Shown here: one piece after another, positions 39,833 through 50,864 of the stretch
How the letters are laid out: each line of letters opens with the position of its first letter
Position numbering within the stretch: the first letter of the stretch is position 1
Source of the DNA: Zygnema circumcarinatum SAG 698-1b
Lineage: Eukaryota > Plantae > Zygnematophyceae
DNA: 64,000 nucleotides
Assembly (NCBI GenBank): GCA_037447605.1
Contig: CM074805.1
Coordinates: 1,087,361 to 1,151,360, forward strand
Direction: 5' to 3'
Made by a program: the position numbers and the translations under genes
Notes under the pieces: model-generated
Seen by the model: the letters and a program-made list of their open reading frames with translations, nothing else
Told to the model about the DNA's origin: nothing
The model's database searches: none

Positions 39833-42800
39833 ATGGCGTCCAGCAGCCTCCACCCTCTTTCCCTCCGCCTACTCCAGAGATCTTCTCCTCTCCCTCTCCC
39901 TTTCCCTCTCCCTCTCCCGGCCCCAAGCCGTCCCCTCTCTCTCAGCTTCAATGCCAAATCTACGCCCAGATCGCTTCCACGTGGCGCTGAATTCCGTACA
40001 ACTGCCACGTGTGCGGACAGCGGCTCCTCTAGGAGTAATGTGGCAGCAGTCAATGCAGAAGAGGAGACTTCTCCCTTTAGGGCACCGCCATGGCAGGCCG
40101 CTGCGGCTGCCTTTGCAGGCCTCGCCTGGTCAGCCCTCCTCCTTATGGGGCCTCCCGCGGCCTTAGCGGAGGATGAGAGCAGCAACATCACCATCACCTT
40201 CCCGGCCTCGCCCATTCCGGAGGCATGCTCGCTCTCTATCCGCATCCACGGCTTCCTGGAATTATGAATTTTCGTGCTCATTTTGGCGTGAATACTTGGG
40301 GTGTGGTGGAGAAGTGCGTAGCATTGCAGGTCACATTGTAGGTGGCTGGCATTGCGTGGGAAACTGAAGGACAGTCTGCTCGAGTGTTGTCGGCAAAAGA
40401 GGGGCGGGAGAGGGGCAGAGAGGGGGAGGGAGGGAGGGAAGGAAGAGGCGCTGAATCGGCAGCTGACGTTATCCATATGAAAGAGCCAGCTTCGGGGTTG
40501 AATTCCGTGTTGAATTCTCCTGACACGTGGCACTAGGTCTATTCCATGCTGTAATTGCTGGGGATCAAAACGCTGCGTGGTTTCGTTGGAATCTTGGTGC
40601 CAATTTTGTGAATTAAGGCCACAATTTAGATTGAACTCCTTCGGATTTCTATTTGGTGGGTCTCTAGGGCCCCGGATCCTCCTGATCTGCTTGCAGGAGC
40701 AGAGCATTTTTAGACAGTGCTGGCTGACGCCAACAATGTGCTTTTTGGGAAATCTCTTTTATGGAATTCTTAACCGTTTTGTGACATTATAACCAATGCT
40801 AATTGCGTGGTGTACTGTATGCACCGACTCTTGCAGGTGAGCAGAGTCCAAAAGACTCTCGTGGAGGCTTGGGGCATTGTGGAGGAGACTTACTGGGATT
40901 CAACATTCAATAACCAAGGTTACACCAGACCTCTCTCTCTCTCTTGCAACTTGAACCTCTGCAACTTTGAACCATAACTCAATAAATATCATAATGTAAT
41001 TCACGTGGTACGCCTGCACTGGGTCCTGAAGAGGCTCTTCCTAAGCAGCGCTGATGTTCGGTGCAGACTGGGAGGAGCAGCTACGGAAGGGGCTCTCTGA
41101 AACTGTTTTCTTGCAATCAGCCGACGAAGCATACTCCAAAATTCGCGGAATGCTCGCCACTCTTGGCGATCCCTTTACACGCATTGTTCCTCCACAGGTA
41201 TCTGCAGCCCCACTCGTTAAACATATGGAATAAAATTCAATTCTGTGTGCAACTTTTGGCTTGTTGAAGAGGCATGGACGCTTTCAAAAATTTCGGCGTA
41301 CAACGAGAAGTGTGTCAGGTTAACTGAGGGTGACGAAACGATGCTGCCGAACTAAATTCTAAAAAGCAAATGTGGTGAGGTGACAGGAATACCAAAACTT
41401 CCGAATCAGCAGTGATGGTGCTCTTCAAGGTGTGGGCCTACTAATTGGATCGGAGCCGGACACAGGCCGTGTGGTAAGTTGAGGGAGAAGATGATCCTTT
41501 CTGCCTCCACTGACATTGAGATTGATTTCTGTGGGTATGTGCTTTGGGCAGAAAGCTGAAGAGAAAGTGTTTGCATAGGTTATCTTTTAAGATTTTCGTC
41601 TTCTGAACATGCCCTAATGTATTGGCAGTTTGTACTTTCACCAATTGAGGGCGGCCCTGCTGCCCGAGCTGGTATTCAGTCAGGGGATGAGATCGTGCAG
41701 ATAAACGGTGAGCAGAGGAACTGCTGCTCTCCCTCTTTAAAGCTCTTCTCCATGAATGATCATTTTTTGAGCTCTTTCAACAAGAACTGAGCGGTTTACA
41801 TGCAGTATAGACAGGTAGCGATTGATGCTCATTATTTGATTAATCGTTGACGAACTTTGTCACTGGGAAACGGATCTGCAGATGAGGATTTGACCGGACT
41901 CACCGGCGAGCAGGCGGCGACCAAGCTCCGTGGAAGGGCAGGCACTTCTGTGGACCTCACAGTCAAACGTGTTTCAGTAAGTCTCTCCCTCATTCAAATT
42001 GACGAATTGTACGCTGCCGCTGTAAACAACTCCAAGGATCAGTTAGTTAGTAGTACTCAGTTTTTAAATGGTTTTTGTAGAAGTGTGCCCTTTTGTGGCC
42101 TTGTGGACACTTGTATTCTGTGACGCAATTCGTGAATTTTATTGCGGTGCTGACTTTGAGGATCGCTGATGCTGGCCCTTAACAGGAGAACCCTTTTGAT
42201 GAGGCTGTGTCCTCAGAAGACCAGGTGACACATGTAAGTTCACGCATTTCATCGAAAAGTCGCATTATTAACAGGATATATGTCTCGTCGTTAGGGCTTG
42301 TGAATGCAATTTTACTGTGGTTCTGTACAGTTTGAAACGAATACCCGTCGAGAACGTGAACGCTTGAAGTATAAAGCTATTCCGCTGCTTGGAAAAATGG
42401 CTGGCAGCTGCCAGTAGTCATCGCACCAGAGAGAGGCCTTCAGTTAGCCTTGCACATGCTTTTGAAGGCTGAAGTTATTCTTTGCCACTGTACCAGTCAG
42501 CGTGCTGATATGGCCTTGTTATGTAACGTCTTTAGGGCTCATATGCGAAGGCTATTTCCACAGTCCTATCAGTTTCCAGTGCTTTTAGATGCATCTCAGA
42601 TGCATCAGATAATCATTGATGCAGCCTCATGGAGCTATCCGTGGTTGTGCCGCAGGTTCGTATCCAGCGAGAGACCATCACACTTTCTCCAATTTTTGCA
42701 GTCATGTTGCAACATACGGACAATAACGGCAATGATGTCCAAACGGGCTACATTCGACTTACTGCATTCTCGCAGGTACGTTGAAGCTCTGCTAGGGCTT

Positions 42801-44130
42801 CCAAGCCTTCGAAATTTTAAATTGCAGGGGATTCATGAAATTCGCAATCTTAATACTTTCTTGTAAGGCGATAAGGTATGGATTACAGATGTAATTCGCA
42901 TGAGACTTCTCTTTTGCCAATTATTGCACGACTCTGACCTGGAGCACGGAGCACTTTCATGCAGAATGCTGCAACAGATATGCAAAAGGCAATAACGCGT
43001 TTGGAAAACGCAGGAGCCAGCGGTTACATCCTGGACTTGCGCAACAATCCTGTAAGTGAACAAGATTATCATCTGCTTAAAGAGTTTTTCCACTTCCAAG
43101 CAAGTTAAAAACGGTATTTCGCCATGAAACGTGCTCTAGAGAAGACAGGCATTTGAAATGATCGCTTCCATCATCGTAGTAGGTACCGGTATACGATGGC
43201 AGAGCAAGTTCATGAGGTATCATGTGATGACTAAAGTCTATCCTCTGGGTGACACGATTCGACCACATCTTGGTACACAGGGAGGCCTTGTGAAGGCTGG
43301 CCTGGATGTTGCTCAAATATGGCTGGATGGAGACGAAACTTTGGTGAACACCATTGACAGGGCGGGTAATCTGCAAGCCGTGAATCTTGTCCACGGCCAA
43401 GCTTTGACTCATCAACCGCTAGTCGTACTGGTACGAATCATTCTCAAGTCCATTCTTAAAAGTATCTGTTGGGGATTAGGTACTAGATAACGGATTGGCT
43501 TTTGTGGTCCTGAGCTTTCACTCTCAGTGGACGTTCCTTGCAGTGAATTTCGTGCACTTTCAGATTATTACACGTGATTGAATATATGACTTGTTCTCTC
43601 CCTGCAGGTAAATCAGGGTAGCGCCAGTGCCAGCGAGATTCTAGCTGGAGCCCTCCGTGATAATGGTCGAGCACTGCTTGTAGGCGAAAACACTTACGGC
43701 AAAGGAAAAATTCAGGTATGGGCAAACCATAGACCATAACTTTGCCAGCCAGTCGCAAAAACACTCGTAAAAAGCTGCTGTTGTAAGCAGCTCAACAAAT
43801 CTGGGCCGTCTTTAATTCGATCAAAACCCTTCCCCGGAGTGCTTGCAGAGCGTGTTTGAGCTAGACGATGGCGCGGCATTATTCGTGACTGTGGCTAAAT
43901 ACCTCTCTCCAAACCTAAAGCCCATCGATAGGGTCGGACTCGCTCCCGACTTGCGATGCACTGTCGAAATTCCCGTCACAGCCACAGTCGCCCCCGGCCC
44001 TGCCTCCCCCCAGCCCGGCTCCTCTGCGCGCCCCTTGCGGCAGGCGGTCATGGCGGAGCCCAACCCTGCCGCGCAGCTGCAGGCCGACTCCTGCGTGCTC
44101 ACCGCCGAGCAGCAGCTCCAGGGCAAGTGA
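39833..44130 (+). CDS. CTPA3: Carboxyl-terminal-processing peptidase 3, chloroplastic (S41 family, PDZ domain)
   Basis: Transit peptide ending in ALA-E, then [68 protein letters not shown], catalytic [22 protein letters not shown] and TYGKGKIQ, and the end [12 protein letters not shown]. About 11 exons; the first intron needs a GC donor. Confidence 0.93.
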
Positions 44131-44582
44131 CGGCCCTTGTAGGCGGCCGGGCGGGCGCGCTGTGTACAGGGCAGGGCACAGAGGCCGCTGCAGGGCACCA
44201 ACTGCTGATTGGACGGTGCAGATTTCGCTGAGATGAAGGGAAGGGGATGATCCGACGTCGGCGGTTTCGCCGAGCTCAAAATGGACGGCCTCAATTGCAA
44301 GGTACCAACATTCATTTGGACGATTCATTTGAGTGGGGGAGCTCTATAGGTTTTGTGTTGTGTGATTTATGAGACACTCCCCTGAAATAAGTTTCCATCA
44401 AACATTTGTGAATATAGCTTTATTTGTTTGTTTGTTTGTTTGGTAGCGGTTTGTACATACGCAAGTGTAGGTAGTAGGGTCGGCAGTGCACCCCATTGGT
44501 TCTCCCATTATTGCAGGGACTCGTCCCTGCCTTTAAGTATACGAACAAGTTCATTGATTTGTGTTGGCCAGCCATTGTTAGG

Positions 44583-44934
44583 TCATTTAGAGAGACTAGA
44601 ACGCGAGCTCGATCCTCGAGCTTGCGCGTAAGCAGCGTAGAAATATACATGTTAGAAGAAAGGGGCAGGATACGGGGCACGGAACTATTTTATTGGAGCA
44701 TGTTATTGAAAAATATTGATTTATAATTTTATACGTGAGAATACCGTTGAATCGAATTTTGCGTGGCTCGTACTTTGTCTTTGGTGTGGTGGACAATGGC
44801 CCCGTTTCCCCGATGTCTACGCGCGCACCTGTTGTTGGTCTTTGATGCATGCGAACCCCAAAGTTTGTTGGCGGGGCGGCCTTTCTGACGTCTAAAAGGC
44901 GATCGTCCCAGTAAGAGCCCGCCTCACGAACCAT
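44583..44934 (-). CDS. Candidate small protein gene (MVREAGSYWDDRLLDVRKAAPPTNFG...), unknown function
   Basis: ATG in gcaATGg context, open frame, plausible donors (ACAG/gtgcgc, AACG/gtattc) and a phase-compatible AAG acceptor near 44613. It diverges from the PPase-like gene and has AATAAA at ~44420. No homology recognised. Confidence 0.3.
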
Positions 44935-45201
44935 TGCAACCCGTACGGACCTACCTAGACTGGGCGAACTGAGTTAATGTCAATGCGCCCACTTCTTGGT
45001 ACTATATGAGACACCGCCCTCATTCAAGCCCCGCGTTTGTTAAACAAGTCCAGGCATGAACAGCCCTTGAATGCGCAATCCCTGTTGGCAGTCCAATCGC
45101 CCTAGCCTTGAACGCCACATTCGGTGGCGCCTCCACGTCCTCCTCCCTCCCCACCCCCCATGGGCTACATCAACATCGGCCCCTCCCAAGGCCGTACCGT
45201 G

Positions 45202-45421
45202 CCATCCGTCCATCCATCCATCCATCCCCATTCATCCATCCATCCCCATCCATCCATCCATCCTCATTCATCCATCCATCCTCATTCATCCATCCATCCT
45301 CATTCATCCATCCATCCTCATTCATCCATCCATCCCTCCCCATCCATCCATCCATCCCTCCCCATCCATCCATCCATCCCTCCCCATCCATCCATCCATC
45401 CCTCCCCATCCATCCATCCAT
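45202..45421. repeat. Compound (CATC)n microsatellite with 18-nt and 22-nt higher-order units
   Basis: [(CATC)3-CTCATT]x4 followed by [CCTCCC-(CATC)4]x~4, preceded by degenerate units. Confidence 0.95.
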
Positions 45422-46150
45422 GTCCCCCCCGGTCCCACCGCCCCCTCCTCCCGAGGTCGGGCGGGCGGTCCCAGTTTTGGAGCCGTTGGCCGGCCCCCCC
45501 CCGCCGACACGCCTCCGCCGCCGCCGCTTTTCAAACGGGGACGGCGCCGGCCGGCCACAAAAGGCACCTGCCCGCCCGCCCGCTTTCAAAAATCGAAGGC
45601 CCCGTCTTCCGCGGCCGTACTAAAAATCAAGCTGGGCCAATGAGCAGGAGGTCGGTTCTATGCTCGAAATCCGTTGAAATAGGTCTCAACTGGATTTGGA
45701 ACAGGGGCAAGTGCGTTTGTCGGTAGCGGGCCGGTACGGAAAGAGCGCGCGCGGGACCTTCTTGAATGCCGCAGCGCAGAGGGAGAGCGCTGCAGGCGGC
45801 AGGCGGCAGGCGGCAGAGGGGCCCTATGGCGGCTGGGAGCAGGGCGTGGGTCAGGTATAATGCGGTCTTTGGGGGCTTTTTCAGGGGCAAAGGACGCAGA
45901 ATCCTGGCTTTCTGCTGATGTGGGATACGCGGGTGAAGGACGCTACTTCTTTGGCAAGCTCGTCAGTGGAGGCCTGGCAGGGAAAGAACCAGAAACGCGG
46001 CTATTGGAGTTTTTTCGCAGTGTTAAATTTCTGAACTGGCTGGTTTCTTCATGCTCAGCGTCTCTTGTTCTTGCTGCTTCTTCTGCATCCCCGACGGCCA
46101 GCCATGAGACTCACCGCAGAAGTGGCTAATGGAGCAGTGAGGGGCCAGCT

Positions 46151-49100
46151 ATGGAGACCGAGAGTGTCGTGTCTGCGGAGGATGCCCACGACAGCCCTGC
46201 CTCAGAGTTTGCTGGATTTCCGACTGCACAATTGTCTACCGGCCATGGCGACTCTGACTCGACCTCGTCTGTCGTTAAGACAAGGGAGCGTCCCCTTCCA
46301 CCGCTTCCTCCCATTCCTGAGCTGCCGACCTGGCAGATGGTTGAGTCTGGCAAACCCGGAAGTTTGAGCTACCGTGCACGCATCTTTGAATGGAAGAACC
46401 GCAGAGAAGTCTCCCCGTGGCATGGCATACCTCTATACACGGGAAGTAGTGCATTGCATGTTGTTTGCAAGACCCCTCGCGACTCAGGCTTCATCTTTGA
46501 AGTGGCTCGAGATGAGAACTTCACTCCGTTGAAGTTGAGAAAGCTGCCTCAACAACCGGCTTATTACACTTGTAATGCCCCCTGCCATGTTGGGCTTCTC
46601 CCACAGACATGGGCTGACCCGGGTGCAGCCTCTGATGGCATGCAGCAAGATGGCAACCCCTTCGAAGTTTTAGACATAAGCAGGCGTGCGGCACGAACGG
46701 GTCAAGTGTATGCGGCAAAACCGCTTGCAGCATTTGCTGTGATTCATGGCGGCACAACTCTTTCATGGAAGATCATTGTGATTGCTCTTGATGATCCGTT
46801 GGCTGGCGAACTGAAGAACGTGAATGATGTACAGGAGAGAATGCCTGATGCTCTTGCAGAAGTGCGGGAATGGCTGCGCACTTGCATGTGGAGAAACTCG
46901 GGTATACCCCTCAACTTCTTTGAAACAATCCTTCGATCATGACTTTGTCGTGTCTCGTGATCTCGACTGCTTGATTTTTTTTTTGTTTGCATTTTAAATT
47001 GAACACACAGGGGAGCCCAACCGGTAGAATTGCAGGCCAATCCTCCCGTTGGTTTTTGTTTTTCAATAAATACCTTTCATTGTTGAAAATAGAATGTGAA
47101 ACGCAGCATGCCATATCTGTCCTAGACACAGCGTCGTGATCGTTCCCTCGTTCATTGGCGTGAGCAGGCGATCCAGATGTATACTTTGGCCTCGATGGCA
47201 CTGTTGGAGACTGTCAGCTGGCAGTGACAGTGATTGCAAAAGCGCACAAAGCCTGGCTGCGGAAGTTTGGAGATAAAGAAGGGCATCGAAGCCGGGGGGA
47301 TCAGCAGTTGAACAGCATCAAGTCGTCCAAGGGACGTCCCCAGGACACGTTACAGCGTGCATACTCTGTTCACCAGAGCCAAATTGGACTATCGAAAGTA
47401 TCCTGCTGTGAGCCCAAGAAGCCGAACTCCGAGTCGCAGTGTGGCTTGCTTTGGGTTGAGGGCTCGGAAAGGCCATCATGTCTTTCGGGAGTTCCACCTC
47501 CAGTGAACCCCACGCCTACAAGTTCACAGTCTCCCGCTTCACATATGCTTGTTGAAGCTGGAGTTGGGCCAGGTCCAGGCGGAATAGGCTGCTGGAAAGG
47601 CATCATAGGGAAGCTTGTCGGGGGAATCCGGTTGGACTCAGACTTGTGCTCCTCGTCGATCAGTGAAGGTCCACACTCACCAAAGGCGACGGCAGCGTCC
47701 CATATCCACCAGCGTAGAAGGCCTCCACCGCCTCCAAGGCTAAACCCTGAGATAGCAAAGCAGGAGCCTGCAGGACGCGTGAGTGAGATGCAAGAGCCGG
47801 CTGTTCGACTGAGTTCACGCCACCAAAGTTTACGGATCCATGCCGGCTCTGACTTTGTGGGTGACTCCCTTCCAACCCCAACTTTAAGTAGGAGCAAAAC
47901 TTTCTCTGAAGGTCAGTTTGCAGCTCAAAAAAGATCGAGGGCACCACTTGGCATGGGAGTTACAGGCTTTGCCTTGCCAGAAGATGCTGACACGAATGAC
48001 GGTGTCAAACATCAAGGTCTGCAAGGACTTTCTGGGCCGAGCCAAACAGTAGCGAGCAGGAACAAGGTAGGGACTTTTGATCCAAGGGCAGTTATTAAAG
48101 ACGAGAATGAAATAGGTCCCAGTTTAGATCGCAGTCAAACGATCTCCGAAGGTCAGTACGCTGCTCAAAAACAGGCAAGGGGGAAAGGGAGCATGGATGA
48201 ACCTCATAGTTTTACTAAAAACCTGACAGGTGGTACATCAAGGGAGAATAAGTTATTGATGCAGACTACAGCTGGGATATCTTTCTCTGCTGCTGATGCG
48301 TCCGAGCGGAGGCTATCAACTCGATCCGGTACACTAGGTAAAATAGAAAATAGTCCGGGCAGGGTAAGGCCAAGTCTGGACCGGAGTCAGACCATATCTG
48401 AAGGACAGTTTGTCAATCAGAAGCAGTCGACGACGAAGAGGTTTGACTTAGACCTGCCTGGTGGAGTTGTGGTCACTGAGGAGACGGGGGCATACGTTGA
48501 AGATTCAGAATCCGCACAATTTTATTTCATGACATCCCAGCCACAGCCGTTTGACCAGGCCACATTCCCAGCGAGCAACAACAGCCTTCCGCCATTTCCT
48601 CGACAGAATAATACAGGGCATTCCTATGACAGCAGCAAACTCAAGCCTAGTCTAAGTAGAAGCCAGAGCTTTTCAGAGGGTCAATCTGCAGCAGCAAGGC
48701 AGTCGAGGATTAGTTACAGTATGGGATTGATGGGAGAAGCTTCCAGTTCAAGTATAGGAGGTATGAATGAGGGAGATCTAGTTGTTCTGGAATCTATGCC
48801 TACAGCTTCAGAAGCTCGTCGAGGGCCTACGGCTGGGGGAAGGGAAGTGCCATATGCATCACGATTACATGCGGATGAAAGCCCTCGTGATAGTCCGACT
48901 GAGTGGAAATTTGTTGCACAGCAGTCTGTTCGAAGAGTGGATCGTGAACAGGCAGGTCGACGCCAGCGAATACAAGAGGATGGACCTGATGGGGGAGAGC
49001 CTGCTTGGGACGAGAGGCGATACGCAGGAACATCGGGAAAGCAGAAAGTGACAGGGAGTCTGCAGGGGCCCCCAGCAGTGTTGCCCTTGACACAGACTAC

Positions 49101-49833
49101 AGAGGCCATCTTGCGGCAAAGAGAGAACCTCACCCGAAAATTGGAGGAGAGTGCACGGCGGCTGGCGGCAGAGGAAGATTCAGAAAGGATTGGAGCACGT
49201 TCTCGGGTGAGAGCAGGTGACTATGCATCCGTAGGAAGGCAACTTCATGACAGAGCGGAGGGTTCAGGGAGTTCAGTTAGCATGTATGCACCAGAATTCA
49301 AGGACGCCGAGAGCAGCAGGCCAGTCGACTGGGCTACCTGGTTGGGACGAGGAGAAGGGCGAGCTGCCGAAGCTCAGAGCTCTCTTATTTCACATCGCTC
49401 TTTACAGGCGATGATACGGGAGAGTGCATGGTCACAGCATCAGCCAGCAGGCGCAAGCCTGTACAGATCAGGAGCAACCCAGGACTTGTTCAACTCTTCT
49501 CGGCAAGCTAGTCATCCCGCGGAATCGCTGAGAACGGGGGGGGAAGCTATGGACATAAGATGGGAAGCCGATGATTGGAAGGGAGGGGGTGAAGGAGGGG
49601 TCAGGTATGCTGAAAGCGGGGAAATGGGTGTAGGAATGGCCAGTCAGAATGGCCCTCGAAGCGGGCACGTGCCCGCAAGAGAAGGGATGATTAGTGATAA
49701 ATCAGCTGATGAAGAAGTCACTCTGTCTATAAAAGAAGATGATAGTGCGAGTAGTGTGTCAGGGGTAAGGCTTAGTCTTGGAAGGCCCGCAGCGTTTCTT
49801 AGTGTACCAAGAGAAGTTTTGAGAAGGCTATGA
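46151..49833 (+). CDS. Family I inorganic pyrophosphatase-like protein, probably catalytically dead, with a long repeat-containing C-terminal tail
   Basis: Exon 46151-46901 plus exon 47168-49833 (phase-1 GT-AG intron). PPase scaffold motifs: VSPWHGIPL, FEVARDENFTPL, GLLPQTWADP, KPLAAFA, WKIIVIALDDPLA, EVREWLR, YFGLDG...AVTVIAKAHKAW. The 3' end could alternatively splice at 49765. Confidence 0.85.
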
Positions 49834-50864
49834 GGCGTGGCTTGTAAGATTTCTTTAAGCGGATTAGAAAGACTAGGAAAGTGCTAGAAGTCATTGTAGA
49901 ATAAGGTTGATATTTGTGTTCATTCATTGTTCCAGATTTACCACAGAGAGATAAACGATACCTGGGCTTTTCCCAGGGCTGTTTTTTTTTCCTTGCAGCC
50001 ACATCAATGTAAGTAAGCTGGCGGTGGTACGAATCAAGTAACAAACTGAGCATGGTCAACTGGTCGTGAGTTTGAGTTAAATGAATGGTCAAACAGTCAT
50101 GGGTCTTTTTATCCGTGCGTTTTTTAAACCCTCTAAGTGAAAGCCCCCCTTCTGTGTTGCTTCTGAACGCGTCCTTTCGCTGCAAGTCATTGCACAGAAT
50201 GGCATTTGTTGCCGAGTACTTGACAAGGGCAATCTGGGTCCATACATGAGAACCTATTGAAGCAAAGTGTGGCATTCAAGAGGGGACGGCTTAGAAGGCA
50301 TGCTTGTGGCAGCCATTGCTGGGAGAAGTAGAGTCAAAACACTGTAGCATAATAGAATGGCCCTTACGATATTGGGCCTAGTTTGCCGAGTTCCACCATT
50401 TTCTATATTGACGTATAGACCACATGCATGCAGGATCAAGTTTTGCACACACACACATCCTGTTGCCGCATGCGTGGTTGCGTGCTGGCAGGCGGACTCA
50501 ACCTTCAAGCGAATGTGATATTCAGCGTACCACGGTCGTCTCCTGTCAAAGAACATGGAAAAGTACACGCCGTATATATATAAAGTACAATTTCGTACAT
50601 TCAACCTGTACTTTCAGGTACGTGACGATGTACGATCATCGTCCAGTTGACAGGAGCACTTGAGTTGCGGGCACCACCTACCGTGCAGGAGCAGGAGCAG
50701 CAGGAAGAGGGCCTCCTTGGCTGCTTCAGATGTCAGCCTGAATTCTGAGTCCATTTGGGCGCCTCTTCACCGTCGTTTCTCGCTGTATTGGGCTAAGAGT
50801 GCATGAATTCTGACAATACTATCATTATTCTTCACAGAAGCGCTTTACCCGAGCGGGCGCCAGT

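Noticed and set aside
45202-45421. CRISPR-like array
   Set aside because: No unique spacers; a simple tandem repeat in eukaryotic DNA.
45040-45726. His/Pro/Ser-rich and Met/Asp/Gly/Trp-rich ORFs on both strands
   Set aside because: Artefacts of the stop-free CATC microsatellite and the adjacent GC-rich promoter.
46104-46367. Reading the upstream ORF as a transit peptide of the PPase-like protein
   Set aside because: It is out of frame with the PPase domain, and its Arg/Leu richness is expected from frameshifted acidic coding sequence; kept only as a uORF note.
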